Of a stretch of DNA of 64,000 nucleotides, positions 27,100-39,950 are shown in pieces. Source of the DNA: Octopus vulgaris. Lineage: Eukaryota. The notes beneath the pieces are model-generated. The model searched no databases. It had not been told where the DNA came from and saw nothing but the letters and a program-made list of their open reading frames with translations. The position numbers were made by a program, and so were the translations under genes. Each line of letters opens with the position of its first letter. Positions within the stretch are counted from its first letter, which is position 1. Location of the stretch: NCBI GenBank assembly GCA_951406725.2, contig OX597829.1:32488001-32552000 (forward strand), written 5' to 3'.

Positions 27100-30000
27100 A
27101 TAAAATGATGGATCGGGGTATCATGACAACGAAACAATTCCATTGAATCAAAACAACATGAAAGTGACAGATTTTAAGAAAAGAACATATTTCTTTTTAA
27201 GGGTTGGCGCGGTTAGAAGATGGAAGCTCGGTGTAGATAATTGTGAAGAGATCATACAGAGTGAGCAATGAAAGAAATATAGCATGTCAGAAAGGGGACT
27301 GCAAAAAAGATCAGCGAAAATAAAACTTGAGTGAGATATAAGTAAAATTCTGAAGATACGAGGAGCAGAATAAAGAATTTCTAAGAGAACGAACTAAATA
27401 TAAAAAAAAAGCGGGTTGTGTAGTAATGGATGACATGAGAGTAACACGAGGAGCAGGAAAACTCGCGCCATTACTTGTAGGTAGAAGAGTTTAGAACGAA
27501 TCATGAACATTGTTTAGGCGGATGGAAATGATATTAGAAAATAGCTGGAGAAAGTATAAAAAGAAAAACGTACAAAATGGACGTAAAATTATCATTGGAA
27601 ACGATTATGATAACAGATTATAACAATGTAAAAGAAATAACTCGGATAAAGCGTTAGGGTCTAGTCAAGTGTTACTGTTAACCCCAATTCTAATATAACA
27701 TACTTACAAAAGAAGACAATCAAATCGTGGCCATCACTCTTTTTTCCAAAAAATTAACTACATTCTTCAAAAAGGTTATACGTTATTTAATGTGCCCGTT
27801 TCATTTTCAGAAATAGGTGTAATTTAAGGAAGAGTTTATAATGAAGATAGAAGAGAACCTAACAAATTAGTTGAATGTGGGTCTATGGAAATACTAAAGC
27901 TCTAAATAAACAAGTATCTCAACGGAAAACATATATGAATGTAACAGGATCGTGAAAGAAATTCTGACCAGAAGCAAACTACTCCAATAGAAACGGACTG
28001 AATGATATGATGAGAAATGGGCTGGATCGTAATGGTTCTCAGCCACTTCCGCAAAATGAAAAGAAAATATACGACACAAAATTTAAAATAAAAATAAGAA
28101 TTAAGAGTAAGAAAAACTATATTTACTTAGAGAAGTAGAGAAGTTGGAATCCAACTTGAAATATAAAAAAATGAGAATGCAAATAACGAAAAGATGCATC
28201 ACACGAATAAAAAAAAAAGAAGGTAACCTAGGTGCATAAGAATCGCTTCAAGAAATCGTATTAGGAAATGTATACACATTTAGACGCTTTCAAATACATG
28301 AAAGCTTCTTTCTGAAAAAGAGTAATTTTTAATCAAATGCTATTGGGTTTTAGAGAGATATAAAAGGAAAACAGAGGAAAACGAAAATACTCAGCGCAGT
28401 AAAAAGGAGTACAATGAATCATAACGAAAGAGGAAAATATGATAGCAGGACCCAGGTAACCAACAAGGAACTCCCCAATACATTAAAAATTGAAGGTAAT
28501 CGGAAACTGAAGTACCTGACCAATATCCATCAAGTATTCCATTCAAGGAACAGACAAGAAGAACAAAATCAACACTTTATTATTGCCGGAGAGAGAAACA
28601 GCATTAGTTTCCCCATACAAAAATGCTAGAGACTTCCAAAACAATAGACCTATAATTTGCTACCCAACAACATGCAGAATCATTATATTCTTGCTCAATA
28701 AGACAGTGTAGTTGCTGCACTGGAGAGAAATAATATATTACCAGAGAAACAGAGTAGAGGTGCGAAAGAGACATATGGCTGAAAAGAATAGGAAGAACGG
28801 CGACTGAGAGCAGCAGAAAAAAAATTTTACTATGGCTTGAATCAGTTACTAAAAGACATTTGATAGTATTCTGCACTCTTGGATACTGGAAACATAAAGC
28901 AGCTCAAGTGCGAATAAAGTACATCAAACTGGCCAAGTAAAATGGAAAACAGCATCACTACAAGGCAAAGAAAGGAAAAAGAAAAAATATCAAAACCAGC
29001 TCTATACACATAAAAAGAGAAAACTAAGGATACTCATTATATCTCCTACTATTGTGCATAGTTTTGCTTCTAATAATGAACAAGTTAGATGAAACCTCCA
29101 AATGTTATAATTGTTCTGGATAAATTTTAAGCTACTTTTACTTGATGGAAGAAGGCCTTAAATTAAAGATAATTATTAAAATTAGAAACAGTTTATAGCT
29201 GACTTGATAATACTTAAAATGGATAATGTCCGATTAAAAATTATTCATAAATTCAACCCCAAAAAACATAAAATTAAGTATAGCATTAGATAAATGAGTC
29301 AAAGCTAATGTAAGAAGGGAATTGACTAGAACTGAGAACATTAAATCCCTTTGAGACATCGAAGTGGAAGAATTAAACCAGATCCAGTATACAAATACTT
29401 AGGAGTAAATGAAAGCAATAATAATTACCACAAAGATGTAAAGGAGAAAATCAGAAGAGGAGTATTAGAGTCAGACCAATATGAAAAATGAAAGATAGTA
29501 GGTAGGTATAAATACTTTAAAGATCCTACTTATAAACTACAGCTTCTACATAGTAAACTGGTAATTAAGTGAACTGAAAGGCTTAGGTCTAGCCCTCCTA
29601 AAACTACAACAAAAACAATCAACAATAACAAACAAAGAAATAACTATAGTGTTCGAAAGCTACCACATCAAAGCTGATATAGATAGAATATATCTACTCT
29701 GCCCACATGTGGGTGGGAGCAGGATCTGATATAATTATAAAACTACTACAAAGCAAAACAAAAAAAAAATGTAAGACTAGAGAAAATACTTAGAAATAAG
29801 CAAACGGAAACTAACGAGAGAGAGAGAGAGAAATTTTTTTCTCTCTTTGTAAAAGGAAACAATAAATTAGAAACTAGAAATAAACTACCATGAAGAAAAG
29901 GACTTGAATGAGGACAAAACAATAGAAAAGATTAAAAAAGAAACAATAGACAAAACACAAAACGGTATTCTAAAATAAATTGAAGATAAAATGGAGGGGA

Positions 30001-30330
30001 GAAAAAGCAGTCAATGGCTAATGCCCAGCAAGTCGCGACGGTGAAGAAAGCCAAACTGAAAATTACTCAGAAGTTCTGGGTTAAAAACAGAAACAGAAAG
30101 TCTGATATTAGTTGTGAAGCACCAATATTTAGTCACAGATAGATGTTGAAAATAAAATAGTGACTTATAATAATAGAAATGCAGTATAAGAAATGTACTC
30201 GAAACCAAAGAACGTCTGATAAAAAATTCTTCATTTTTTTTTTTTTGCCAAGAATTCGCTTCTTTTTTGCAAATCCACAATCATTCTTTGAACAAACCAA
30301 ACCACCATTCCAACTAAAACGGTTTTACTG
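27100..30330 (+). mobile_element. Heavily decayed, near full-length R4/Dong-clade LINE
   Basis: Colinear RT remnants: NNRPIICYPT (~28640), PEKQ.RG.KETYG (~28742), KTFDSILHSWIL (~28855), YKYLGVNE (~29390), HIKADIDRIYL (~29665), SGLKTETESLI (~30076). Confidence 0.8.
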
Positions 30331-32253
30331 AAAATGAAGTCAAAACAATGCAGAACACGAATAACAATAAGAAGTGAAAAAAATTTAAGGATGAACAAGG
30401 ATAGAAAAGTACATGGATGATGATAGGAGAAATAAATATGCCAAGAAGTATCTCGAACGGTTTTTCCTTGAAATCGCAGACGGATGGAAAAAGGAAAAAG
30501 AGGACCTACTGGAATTTAAAGTCAGAACAGAAGGAAATAGACCTAAATGCCGATGGTCATTTTGTCTCATAGGTTTGACCTTTGTTAGCAAATTTTTTAA
30601 TTAGATAGTGCTTAATTAGCAATATATCAGATGTGAAAGATGAAAATTGTAACCTTTAGCTGTGAGCAAAGTAAAGACGAATCCGTATAATTGGTTGATT
30701 ATAGCTGATGAGAGTTTTCAAAGTGAAATATAATCACAGACGGTTATTACACGTATATACATATCACATATATGCATTTGCTCATACATATATGCATACA
30801 AATATGCATTCATGCATACATATATACAGGCATGTATACATATACATATATATATGCATACAAATATGTATTCATGCATACATTATACAGACATGTATAC
30901 ATATATACAGGCATATATACATATACATATATGCATTCATACATACATATACTGTATGTCTATGTATGTATATATGTGGATATGTAAGTATATATAGGTC
31001 ACTTTAAATAAAACCCTTGATTCAATAACACTGTATAAACTCTATACTTGGAATGAGCAATTTTAAATACTATTGGACTTTACTCACAAGGTATTGGAAT
31101 CTTAAATGTATACCATTCTGCCTAAATAATGGTTCTACAAAGACAATATCCCTGCATATCTCACATCTATTTTCATTCCTCCAATTCACTCTCTATTTCG
31201 TATCTTATCTAAATTAACTATTGCTTAACCATTTTCTCACATTGTACTGAAGTATGGTTCCATTGAGAAAGGACATACAGTTTGTTGCATTTTCTCACAG
31301 ATCATGACATTGCAAAAGAGAAATGACAGCGGCTTCAGCTAACCAACAATGTGAAATATGTTATTACGTAAAGAGAAAACAAAAAAAAAACAGAGATAAA
31401 AATAAACTGTTTGGGTTATACTTCCAATGACCATGTAGACATGAAAAGAAAGCCTTATCAACATTTTAATCATATCAGTACCTCGTTTTCTTGGCGTCTT
31501 AGGCAAATTTTAAAGCTTCGTAGAAATCGCAATCAAAATATCCAGAACGTTGAAAAAGTTACTGCTTTGTTACGTAGTTAAAAATATATGCTAAGTTTTT
31601 TTTTATCAATATAAACTTCGCAGTTCTCTCCCTTGAACCTCTTGTCAAGAACTGTCTTCACTTCTTATTAATTTCTTTTCTTGTGGGTGTGACTGTAATT
31701 GATTAAGTTTCTGTTTGACTAATTACAATATGTTAGCTTAAACTTAATTTTATGTTCTTCGTGCAGATGGAAACGCTGCGAAATTTTCCAATCTTATTAT
31801 TTTAAATTTCCAAATCAACGAATGATATTCACTAAAACAAAGCAACTTTAAGTGGCTTTCATCTTCTCGAAAAGACATTTCTTGTTACGGGTGTATCTGA
31901 AACGGATTAAATATTATTTTTGGTTCACCACATTAAATATCTTAATTCTCTTATTTAACCGATAGCTCTTCAGTTTGTTTTAGCAATTATGTGCTCAACC
32001 TCCAGCAGTGCTCAGACAAATAACAGAGCTGAAACGATCAAACCATATAAAATACAATATATATTGTTGATAGGTGCAGTATAAACAGTTAAAATACTAG
32101 CACCAAGTGTGTGTGTGTGTGTGTGGTGTGCGTATGCGTGTATGTATGTGTGTGTCTGCATGCTTGTATGTGTGTTTGTGTGCGTCTGTCTGTGAAGGGA
32201 GAAGACAAAGAGTCAATGAAGCACATGTTTAGTACTTGATGCATTTGTTTTGG

Positions 32254-32685
32254 TGCCGGTGTAGTATGTGATCTACATACATGTTTCCGGCATAGCTCAT
32301 GATCTATATTAGTTCAAATGGTATAGTTTGTGATCTACACAGACTTTTTGATCTACATTTAAAATTCATCTATTTACTCGAAATGTAAACATTTCAATTT
32401 CATTTAGATTTGATTTGTTGGAAGATTTTAAGATCAAATCAGCAAAATCTCTTTATTGCATTTCTAAATGATATCTGTGCTGTATACAAATAGTCACAGT
32501 ATTCATGTTTCTAGTATGAAATAAAAGTCAATAAAACTTTTTTCTTTTATTTTTTTAAATGTTTAACTCACTCCTCTAATTATAATTGCAAATTTATAAC
32601 AAAATTTTGAATGTAGATCACAAACCAGTCTAGATTTAAGTTGCTGTAGATCACAATGGCATGTAGCTCACATATTATACCGGCA
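32254..32685. mobile_element. MITE-like non-autonomous DNA transposon
   Basis: Inverted termini CCGGTGTAGTATGTGATCTACAT and ATGTAGCTCACATATTATACCGG; subterminal TGATCTAC repeats on the left and GTAGATCAC on the right. Confidence 0.75.
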
Positions 32686-32934
32686 TATTACATATGAATT
32701 ATTATGTCTAACAATTATATACAATACCTGTTTGAATTTACACTAATGCCAGAGTGGTAAAGTAGCACACGGTGGCACTATTCTGTCAAGTCACAACAAG
32801 GACCACGGTCCTTGTGACTTGACAGACAGTACAAACCCCCGGTAGACACAATATCTTCAATGAACAACATAACGATATTGGATACTGTGCGACGTCTTAA
32901 ATAATAATAATCTTAATAATAATAATAATAATAA

Positions 32935-33052
32935 TGGTTTCAAATTTTGTCACAAGACCAGCAATTTCGGGGGAAGAGGTAAGTCGATTATATCAAACCT
33001 GGTAGACAACTGATACTTTTTTTTATCGACCAGGAAAGGATGAAAGGTAAAG
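32935..33052 (-). mobile_element. SINE family B 3' portion
   Basis: TTTATCGACCAGGAAAGGATGAAAGGTAAAG; adjoining (AAT)n. Confidence 0.75.
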
Positions 33053-33054
33053 AA

Positions 33055-33660
33055 AACAGGACCCGAAACCCACTGCTGTGAGAAAGGCCACCAAGTACTG
33101 GCGGTCGACCCTATCGAAGGCTTTAGATTGATCCTTATTGATCAGAGCCCCACCCATGCCAACTTCTTTACCTACCCTGTCTCTAATATATCGCATGAGG
33201 TAGATGTTGTCATGAATGGATTTGGTTGGGAAGGTGCATGTTTGCACATCACCAATCAGTTCCTCAACGACAAGTGCCAATCTCTTTGATAACACTTTGA
33301 CCCAAATTAGGAAATTTGCGCTTAGAAGAGTTGTGGGCCTAAATTTTTTATTTGATGCTTCTTGTTTGGGTCCTTTGTCAACAGTGTTACCACTCCTCGA
33401 CTCACAGAACTAGAAACTATTCCGTTTTGATGCGAGTTGCAGTAGATATTTGCTGAGAAGCTGTCATATAAGTCTGGAAAATAAACGTGGAAGTTCATAG
33501 GACAGACCATCCAAACCAGGCGATTTGCCCCAGCCCGTGCTACCCATTATTGCATTCCGTATTTCCGCGTTTGTTGTCGGCATTACACAATGCTCCCCGC
33601 CTCTTGCCTAGTGTTGTTGTATGCCGGCGAAGTAGGTACTGAAATTCCAACAGATGCTGG
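33055..33660 (-). mobile_element. L1/Tx1-clade reverse transcriptase fragment
   Basis: Minus-strand KSPGLDGLSYE, SVSRGVVTLLTKDPNK, LSKRLALVVEELIGDVQTC..SIHDNI..ALINKDQSKAFDRVD, with frameshifts. Confidence 0.87.
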
Positions 33661-33934
33661 ATTAATCTAGCTTCAATGAAAAAAAGGGATTTCTGTGTGT
33701 TAGGATCTTTATACTATAGTCACATGCACAGAGTAGGCCATTCACTCAGGCCATTCACTGAACTTTCAAATATTTATTGGTAGACAACCCTTCATTCACT
33801 GCCAACACTTTCCTCTTCAACTGGTATTTGAAGAAATTGCTGAGTGCTTGATTTAAGATTTAAGTGCTTGATTTGCATACTGTCTTTACAACCTTTACCA
33901 AAAGTATAACAAGTTACAGTAAGAGGTTACCTTT

Positions 33935-34250
33935 TTTTTATCTTTTACTTGTTTCAGTCATTGGACCGCGACCATATCGAGGAAACGCCTTGAAGGGTTT
34001 TAGTCAAGCAAATCAACACAGTACTTATATTTTGCTTTGAAGTCTGATACTTATTATATCAGTTTTTTGGCTGAACCGCTATATCACCAGCATACACACA
34101 TACATGTATGTATATACGATGGGCATCCACACAGTTTCCGTCTACAAAATTCACTCACAAGGCATTGTATAGCAAAGGACACTTACGTAATGTGCTACAT
34201 AGGGAGACTGAACCCGAAACACTGTGGTTGCAAAGCGATGGTTGCATAAC
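33935..34250 (-). mobile_element. Degenerate SINE family A copy
   Basis: TTTTACTTGTTTCAGTCATTGGACCGCGACCAT..CAGTTTCCGTCTACAAAATTCACTCACAAGGC. Confidence 0.75.
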
Positions 34251-34442
34251 CATGTCGATGGTGAATAATTTTGGGGGTAACTTCCATGAATCTCAAAACA
34301 AGAACTTTAGATATAAACTAGTGATAGTTTCTTTTAGGAAATGAAACTTGAGATTTTTCCCCCTCTCTCCTTCACAACAAACCTATTTATTCATACCATT
34401 TTCGAACATAAACATCAGTTAGAATTTATTCCATGGACTTAC

Positions 34443-34647
34443 CTGTATATTGAACCAGTCTTTCCAGAAGGTTCATCCAAAACATCATCAGGATTTTCTC
34501 CGGGCATTTTCTTCAGTTGAACTTGTGGACAATTACTATTGTATGGTTGAGTGCCGTCGGAACGATTGAATCTGGGATCGTTGACTATATAAACACCTGA
34601 GCGCATAGTTCGTGGACGGAAAGAACTGGGTGACCATTGAACAACAG
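34443..34647 (-). CDS. Coding exon (205 nt), hydrophilic N-terminal part of the same probable otopetrin gene
   Basis: Branch point CTAAC, pyrimidine tract and TTGCAG acceptor; donor CAG|GTAAGT; only one open frame (VVQWSPSSFRPRTMRSGVYIVNDPRFNRSDGTQPYNSNCPQVQLKKMPGENPDDVLDEPSGKTGSIY); ends in phase 2, matching the next exon. Confidence 0.72.
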
Positions 34648-35053
34648 CTGCAATAGACAAAACAATAGCGTTAGATAGAACACACTTATGTCATGCATTC
34701 ATATATACATACATGCATTTATATGCATATATTTGTCTACGTATCTGTATATATGTATAAATTAAAGCTAGGAAAAATGACAATGGTAGCAGTGTTCCCT
34801 TATTTTCTGGGTAGTTCAAAATGCTGTTAAAAGGAATAAAATTACAAATGCACATACACACGCACACTCATACAAACACGCACGCATACTCACTCGCATG
34901 CACACGCACACATACAGACACATACACAGACACAGACAGACACACACACATGTAATGGTAAAGATGATGATGATGATTTTATTATTATTGTTATTATTAT
35001 GATCACAGTCTTGATTATCATTATTATTGTTGTAGTTGTTCTGGTGGTTGTTG

Positions 35054-35113
<60 letters not shown>

Positions 35114-35219
35114 GAAACAGTATAGAGATAAATTACTTGTGAGAAAAAGTAAGAACAAGATGGATTTATATTTTCTATGGGAATTGGAAAAGAAACCATT
35201 TCTATGACTGCGTGTTTGT

Positions 35220-35510
35220 GTATGAATACATATATGTATGTATGTTTGTATTTGTATATATATGTGTGTCTGTGTTTATGTGTATGTATGTATGTATGTA
35301 TGTATGTATGTATGTATGTATGTATGTGTGTGTACGTATGTATGTGTGTGTGTATGTATGTATGTATGTATGCATGCATGCATGCTTGTATGCATGTATG
35401 TATGCTTGTATATATGTGTGTATGTATGTATGTATGTATGTATGTATGTATGCATGCATGCATGTATGTATGTATGTATGTATGTATGTATGTATGTATG
35501 TATGTATGTT
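35220..35510. repeat. (ATGT)n microsatellite
   Basis: Direct reading of the sequence. Confidence 0.92.
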
Positions 35511-36105
35511 AGCGTGTAATTTTTACTTTAATATTTTATTTAGACTGAGCAATAGGACTAATACCCATAACCTTTATAAAAACATTCACTGCGTTGTTTC
35601 ATAATTTGTTGCAGCTTACTCATATTGTTGTTGTTTAGCTATTGATCAGCCTTGATCGATAATACATCGATATTCACAGATGTTTCAACATTGGCCACCC
35701 GTTCGTCTTTTTCTATGCACAGGGAAACATCTTACTTTCTCCCAAGCGTGAATTTTGAGAGAAATTTGGCTGTTCTTTCTAATAGATTGAGTGACCGTAT
35801 AGAAAATTTCTTCAAGAAAGCGATTCAGAGGTTGCAGGATAAATGTAATTCTTGGGATAAAAAAATTGAAATGTCCAGTATTGGGTTCCCTGACCTAGAC
35901 AAGGAGGGAGGGACAGCGACATCAGATGTATTTCTTGTTGTTTTTCGTGGTACGCAGCTGGCTATGTCAGAAAAATAGAAGGTTTCTGTAACAATGATAG
36001 AAAAGATAGAAATACAGTGTGGGGGAAGGGTGACGATTTTTGGTGGCTGTTAATTAAATTTGCGTAGCAGCTGCACTAAGCTATATACATACATACTTAC
36101 ACATT

Positions 36106-36137
<32 letters not shown>

Positions 36138-36168
36138 TGTATGTATGTATGCATGTATGAATATATGA

Positions 36169-36199
<31 letters not shown>

Positions 36200-36627
36200 C
36201 GCGTGTGTATATGTGTATGTATAAATGTAGGTATGCACGTACGAACGCATGTACGTATACATCTGTGAGTGTGTAAGCATTAGTGTGATGTGGGTCATGT
36301 GAGTCAAGATCTGTTCAGAGCTGAAATGGTTTCTGGTGCCGTAAAGGAAGACAGTATATGATTTGAGATACAGTTTTAGATGTAACATATATAATCGCTA
36401 TAAAAGATCATCAGAGATCTACAGCAGAGGATTTGTAAAAGCTGGGAAGTTTTTTTTAATTATGTTATGTTCATTAAGAAAAAGGCGTAGTAATTAATTA
36501 ATATGTTTATTTTTTCTTGAAATTTTGAAGTAAAATTTAGAACATCTAAACTTTGGTCGTAATTACTTTCTTCGGTAGTTAATATTCACAGTTTATATAT
36601 ATAATAGCATTCTTTACTGTTTTTTCT

Positions 36628-36784
<157 letters not shown>

Positions 36785-37766
36785 GCCAGGCATCTATACA
36801 AATAAACGCCATATTTTTTCTGCAACTGAAGTCAGTCTTAATTTTTATTTAGATTAACATCAGTTCATCATCACTACTAATTAACAACCGAATAATTATT
36901 ACATAAAACTAATTAAGGATGATGCTCTAGAATAGCTGGTTTTGTCAGTGAATTCTCCGGCAGGAAATGATTTCCAGGTCAACTGGTCTCAAGAATTTCT
37001 ATAAGAACTGAGAAGCCATAATTTCAACGCAACTCCAACCAATTCTCTTAAATGAAACAAGACAATAACTATGTCAACTGCGGAACAATTAAATGACAGT
37101 AAAAAAAAAAAAAAACAAACAAAAAAAAAACAGAAAAGGAAAAAATATCTCCTATTAATATAATCCTCCATTATCATTTTTTGTACTCATTTCACTCCAC
37201 TTTCTAAACATTATTTTGCTGATTATGATATTTTTCGTTTGAGTTCACAAACAAAAACGTTTTGTTGTAATTTTATTTATTTATTTATTCATTTAATTCT
37301 CAGAAATATATCGGCTATGAGAAGTATAAATCCTCTAAGAGAAATGGCATGGCAGAAACGGTATAATAATATATGAGACTGTAGTTATGATGTTAACTTC
37401 CCAATTATGTGGTTTCAGGAGCGGAAACTTGCGCAAAAATGTCGACCAATGCCCAATGAGTGAAATTTGGTAAATGGAAACTGCATGGAAACCGATAAGA
37501 GACTGTCCCTATTCTTCTCTGGAAGATATAATCCGTTGAATATGATGATGATGTGATGCTAAAGATGTAATGCTGACGTAGAGACTTTGATAGAGATTTC
37601 TTGTATTTACAACTGAACCTTATGTGTCTCTGTATGTATGAATATACGTATATCTATGCATATATGCCTGTGCATACACACATCCACACACACACACACA
37701 CACACACGCACATATATACATACACATGATGCATATATATGAAGATATTCGTTCACACACGCGCAT

Positions 37767-38140
37767 AGACAGAAAACCCCACAACTTCACCAAATCAGAA
37801 TGTAAATTCAACCATGTCATAGAATATTATATTTAATACTATTCATGTTCAAAGTTGTCGACTACACGTGTTTCATGAGGTTGTATACTATGTTCCTGAG
37901 ATACGCAGTCTCTTACAGAACCTCCCCTTATATACAACCCCAATCTTCAGGTCCACCTATGGGGGTTGTATATAAGGGGAGGTTCTGTAAGAGAATGCGT
38001 GTCTCAGGAACATAGTATACAACCTCATGAAACGCGTGTAGTCGACAACTTTGAACATGAATAGTAAGTATTAAATATAATATTCTATGACATGGTTGAA
38101 TTTACATTCTAATTTGATGAATTTATGTGGATTTCTCTCT
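37767..38140. repeat. Long palindrome (~175-bp arms, ~20-nt loop), probably an inverted Penelope-like terminal repeat
   Basis: Arms are near-identical reverse complements around AATCTTCAGGTCCACCTATG, with a few mismatches and one 4-nt indel. Confidence 0.92.
37857..37956 (-). ncRNA. Type I hammerhead ribozyme motif, near-canonical
   Basis: Minus strand: GTGGAC-CTGAAGA-T-TGGGGTTGTATA..TATACAACCTCA-T-GAAA-CACGTG-TA-GTCGAC; 12-bp stem II, palindromic stem III, GUA site; U-U mismatch at the base of stem II. Confidence 0.62.
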
Positions 38141-38335
38141 CTAATGATACTTTGATATACATGTATATATTTATTGAGAATAATTCAATTTAATGTTATT
38201 AACTTGAATATCTCATCCCTGTGACGCTGGAATTGATATTCTCTTATTATTATAAACACACACACACATATATATATACTATGCACCTATATACTTATAT
38301 ATATATAAGTATATACTATGCACATATATATATAA

Positions 38336-38411
<76 letters not shown>

Positions 38412-38804
38412 GTGTGTGTGTGTGTACATTTGCGACTTCCAATCGCAATGGTAAGTTAAATTTTACTCGGTCCTCGATTTTCGTCAGCCTTATGAATTTT
38501 CAGTAAAAGTGTGGCTTCTTTGAGTACATTTCAACTCTTATTTCTAGCAACGCTGGTGCTTTGTGTACTCTCAATTATAATTAATAATGAATTATATATT
38601 TATGAATTTGCCTTTTTGGCTTTAATGCTTGTTTACCATATATTATTGTTGTTATTATTTAATAGTAATAATGATAATAATATCTTTATTATATTTATTT
38701 ATGTATAATTATACACTGATATCATTTGAATTAGGGGCTGGTTTTTCAACGATTTTGACCTCTATGACGAAACTAGTGTAAATTTAACCAATGGCAACTG
38801 AGAG

Positions 38805-38861
38805 ACCTACTGATGAGAACTAAGAGAAATATCTCAAAGTTCGAAATCACGTGATATAGGT
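38805..38861 (+). ncRNA. Minimal type I hammerhead ribozyme (Penelope/retrozyme type)
   Basis: ACCTA-CTGATGA-GAACT(AAGAGAAATATCTCAA)AGTTC-GAAA-TCACGTGA-TA-TAGGT: complete core, all three stems paired, palindromic stem III, AUA cleavage triplet. Confidence 0.8.
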
Positions 38862-38889
38862 ATATCTGTGATCCTCATTTGCGACTTTC

Positions 38890-39030
38890 AGCTGGTACTT
38901 AATTTATCGACCCTGAAAGGATGAAAAGCAAAGTCGACCTCAGCGGAATTTGAACTCAGAACACGAAGACAGACGAAATGCCGCTAAGCGTTTCACCCGG
39001 CGTGCTAACGTTTCTTCCAGCTTGCCGCCT
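38890..39030 (-). mobile_element. SINE family B copy
   Basis: CTGGTACTTAATTTATCGACCCTGAAAGGATGAAAAGCAAAGTCGACCTCAGCGGAATTTGAACTCAGAAC..CAGCTTGCCGCCTT. Confidence 0.88.
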
Positions 39031-39110
39031 TGGTAAGGGGACAAATATTGGCACAAATACACGCACACATAAATGTATACATACATACATACATACATAC
39101 ATACATACAT

Positions 39111-39183
<73 letters not shown>

Positions 39184-39209
39184 CATATATATAGTTAATA
39201 AAATAGATA

Positions 39210-39360
39210 AAAAACAACAACAGGAAGGCGTGGTACATGCAAAGTAATAAGACGCTCAGAGAAGGAAAGAAAGAGTGGTTGTTTTACGCTTCGAGTAAAG
39301 CTCTTCTTCGTAAACAGGAGACATAGGAAAGATAGAAAGTCCGAAAAAAAAAGGAAGAAA
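39210..39360 (-). mobile_element. Short dispersed element with a degenerate hammerhead
   Basis: Homologous to 48890-49090 and 52330-52470; core mutated (ACGAAGA..GAAG). Confidence 0.65.
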
Positions 39361-39379
39361 GAGGAAATATATATATATT

Positions 39380-39762
39380 GGAGTGGCTGTGTGGTAAGTA
39401 ACTTGCTTACTAACCACATGGTTCCGGGTTCAGTCCCACTGCATGGCACCTTGGGCAAGTGTCTTCTACTATAGCCTCGGGCCGACCAAAGCCTTGTGAG
39501 TGGATTTGGTAGACGGAAACTGAAAGAAGCCCGTCGTATATATGTGTAAGTGTATGTTTGTGTGTCTGTGTTTGTCCCCCTAGCATTGCTTGACAACCGA
39601 TGCTGGTATGTTTATATCCCCGTCACTTAGCGGTTCGGCAAATGAGACCGATAGAATAAGTACTGGGCTTACAAAGAATAAGTCCCGGGGTCGAGTTGCT
39701 CGATTAAAAAGGCGGTGCTCCAGCATGGCCGCAGTCAAATGACTGAAACAAGTAAAAGAGTA
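39380..39762 (+). mobile_element. SINE family A, well-preserved copy
   Basis: GGAGTGGCTGTGTGGTAAG (box A), GGGTTCAGTCCC (box B), CCTTGGGCAAGT, 3' end GACTGAAACAAGTAAAAGAG. Confidence 0.92.
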
Positions 39763-39913
39763 TATATAAAATAAAAAATATGTATGGTAAATAAGCATAC
39801 GACATAACGTATAATGAGTTTAAAACCGGACGGGAGACAAACGCAGAATGTCCCTAATTCTTCATCAGTTATCAACTAATTGCTAATACTCAGTTTCGCA
39901 CCTTTAATGATAA

Positions 39914-39947
<34 letters not shown>

Positions 39948-39950
<3 letters not shown>

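Noticed and set aside
30385-30591. Minus-strand FLAYLFLLSSSMYF resembling otopetrin TM2
   Set aside because: Lies upstream of the TM1 exon, ends in a stop and lacks convincing splice sites.
30697-30735. CTGATGA..GAAA hammerhead-like string (similar at 12812-12840)
   Set aside because: Stem III and the cleavage site are missing or unpaired.
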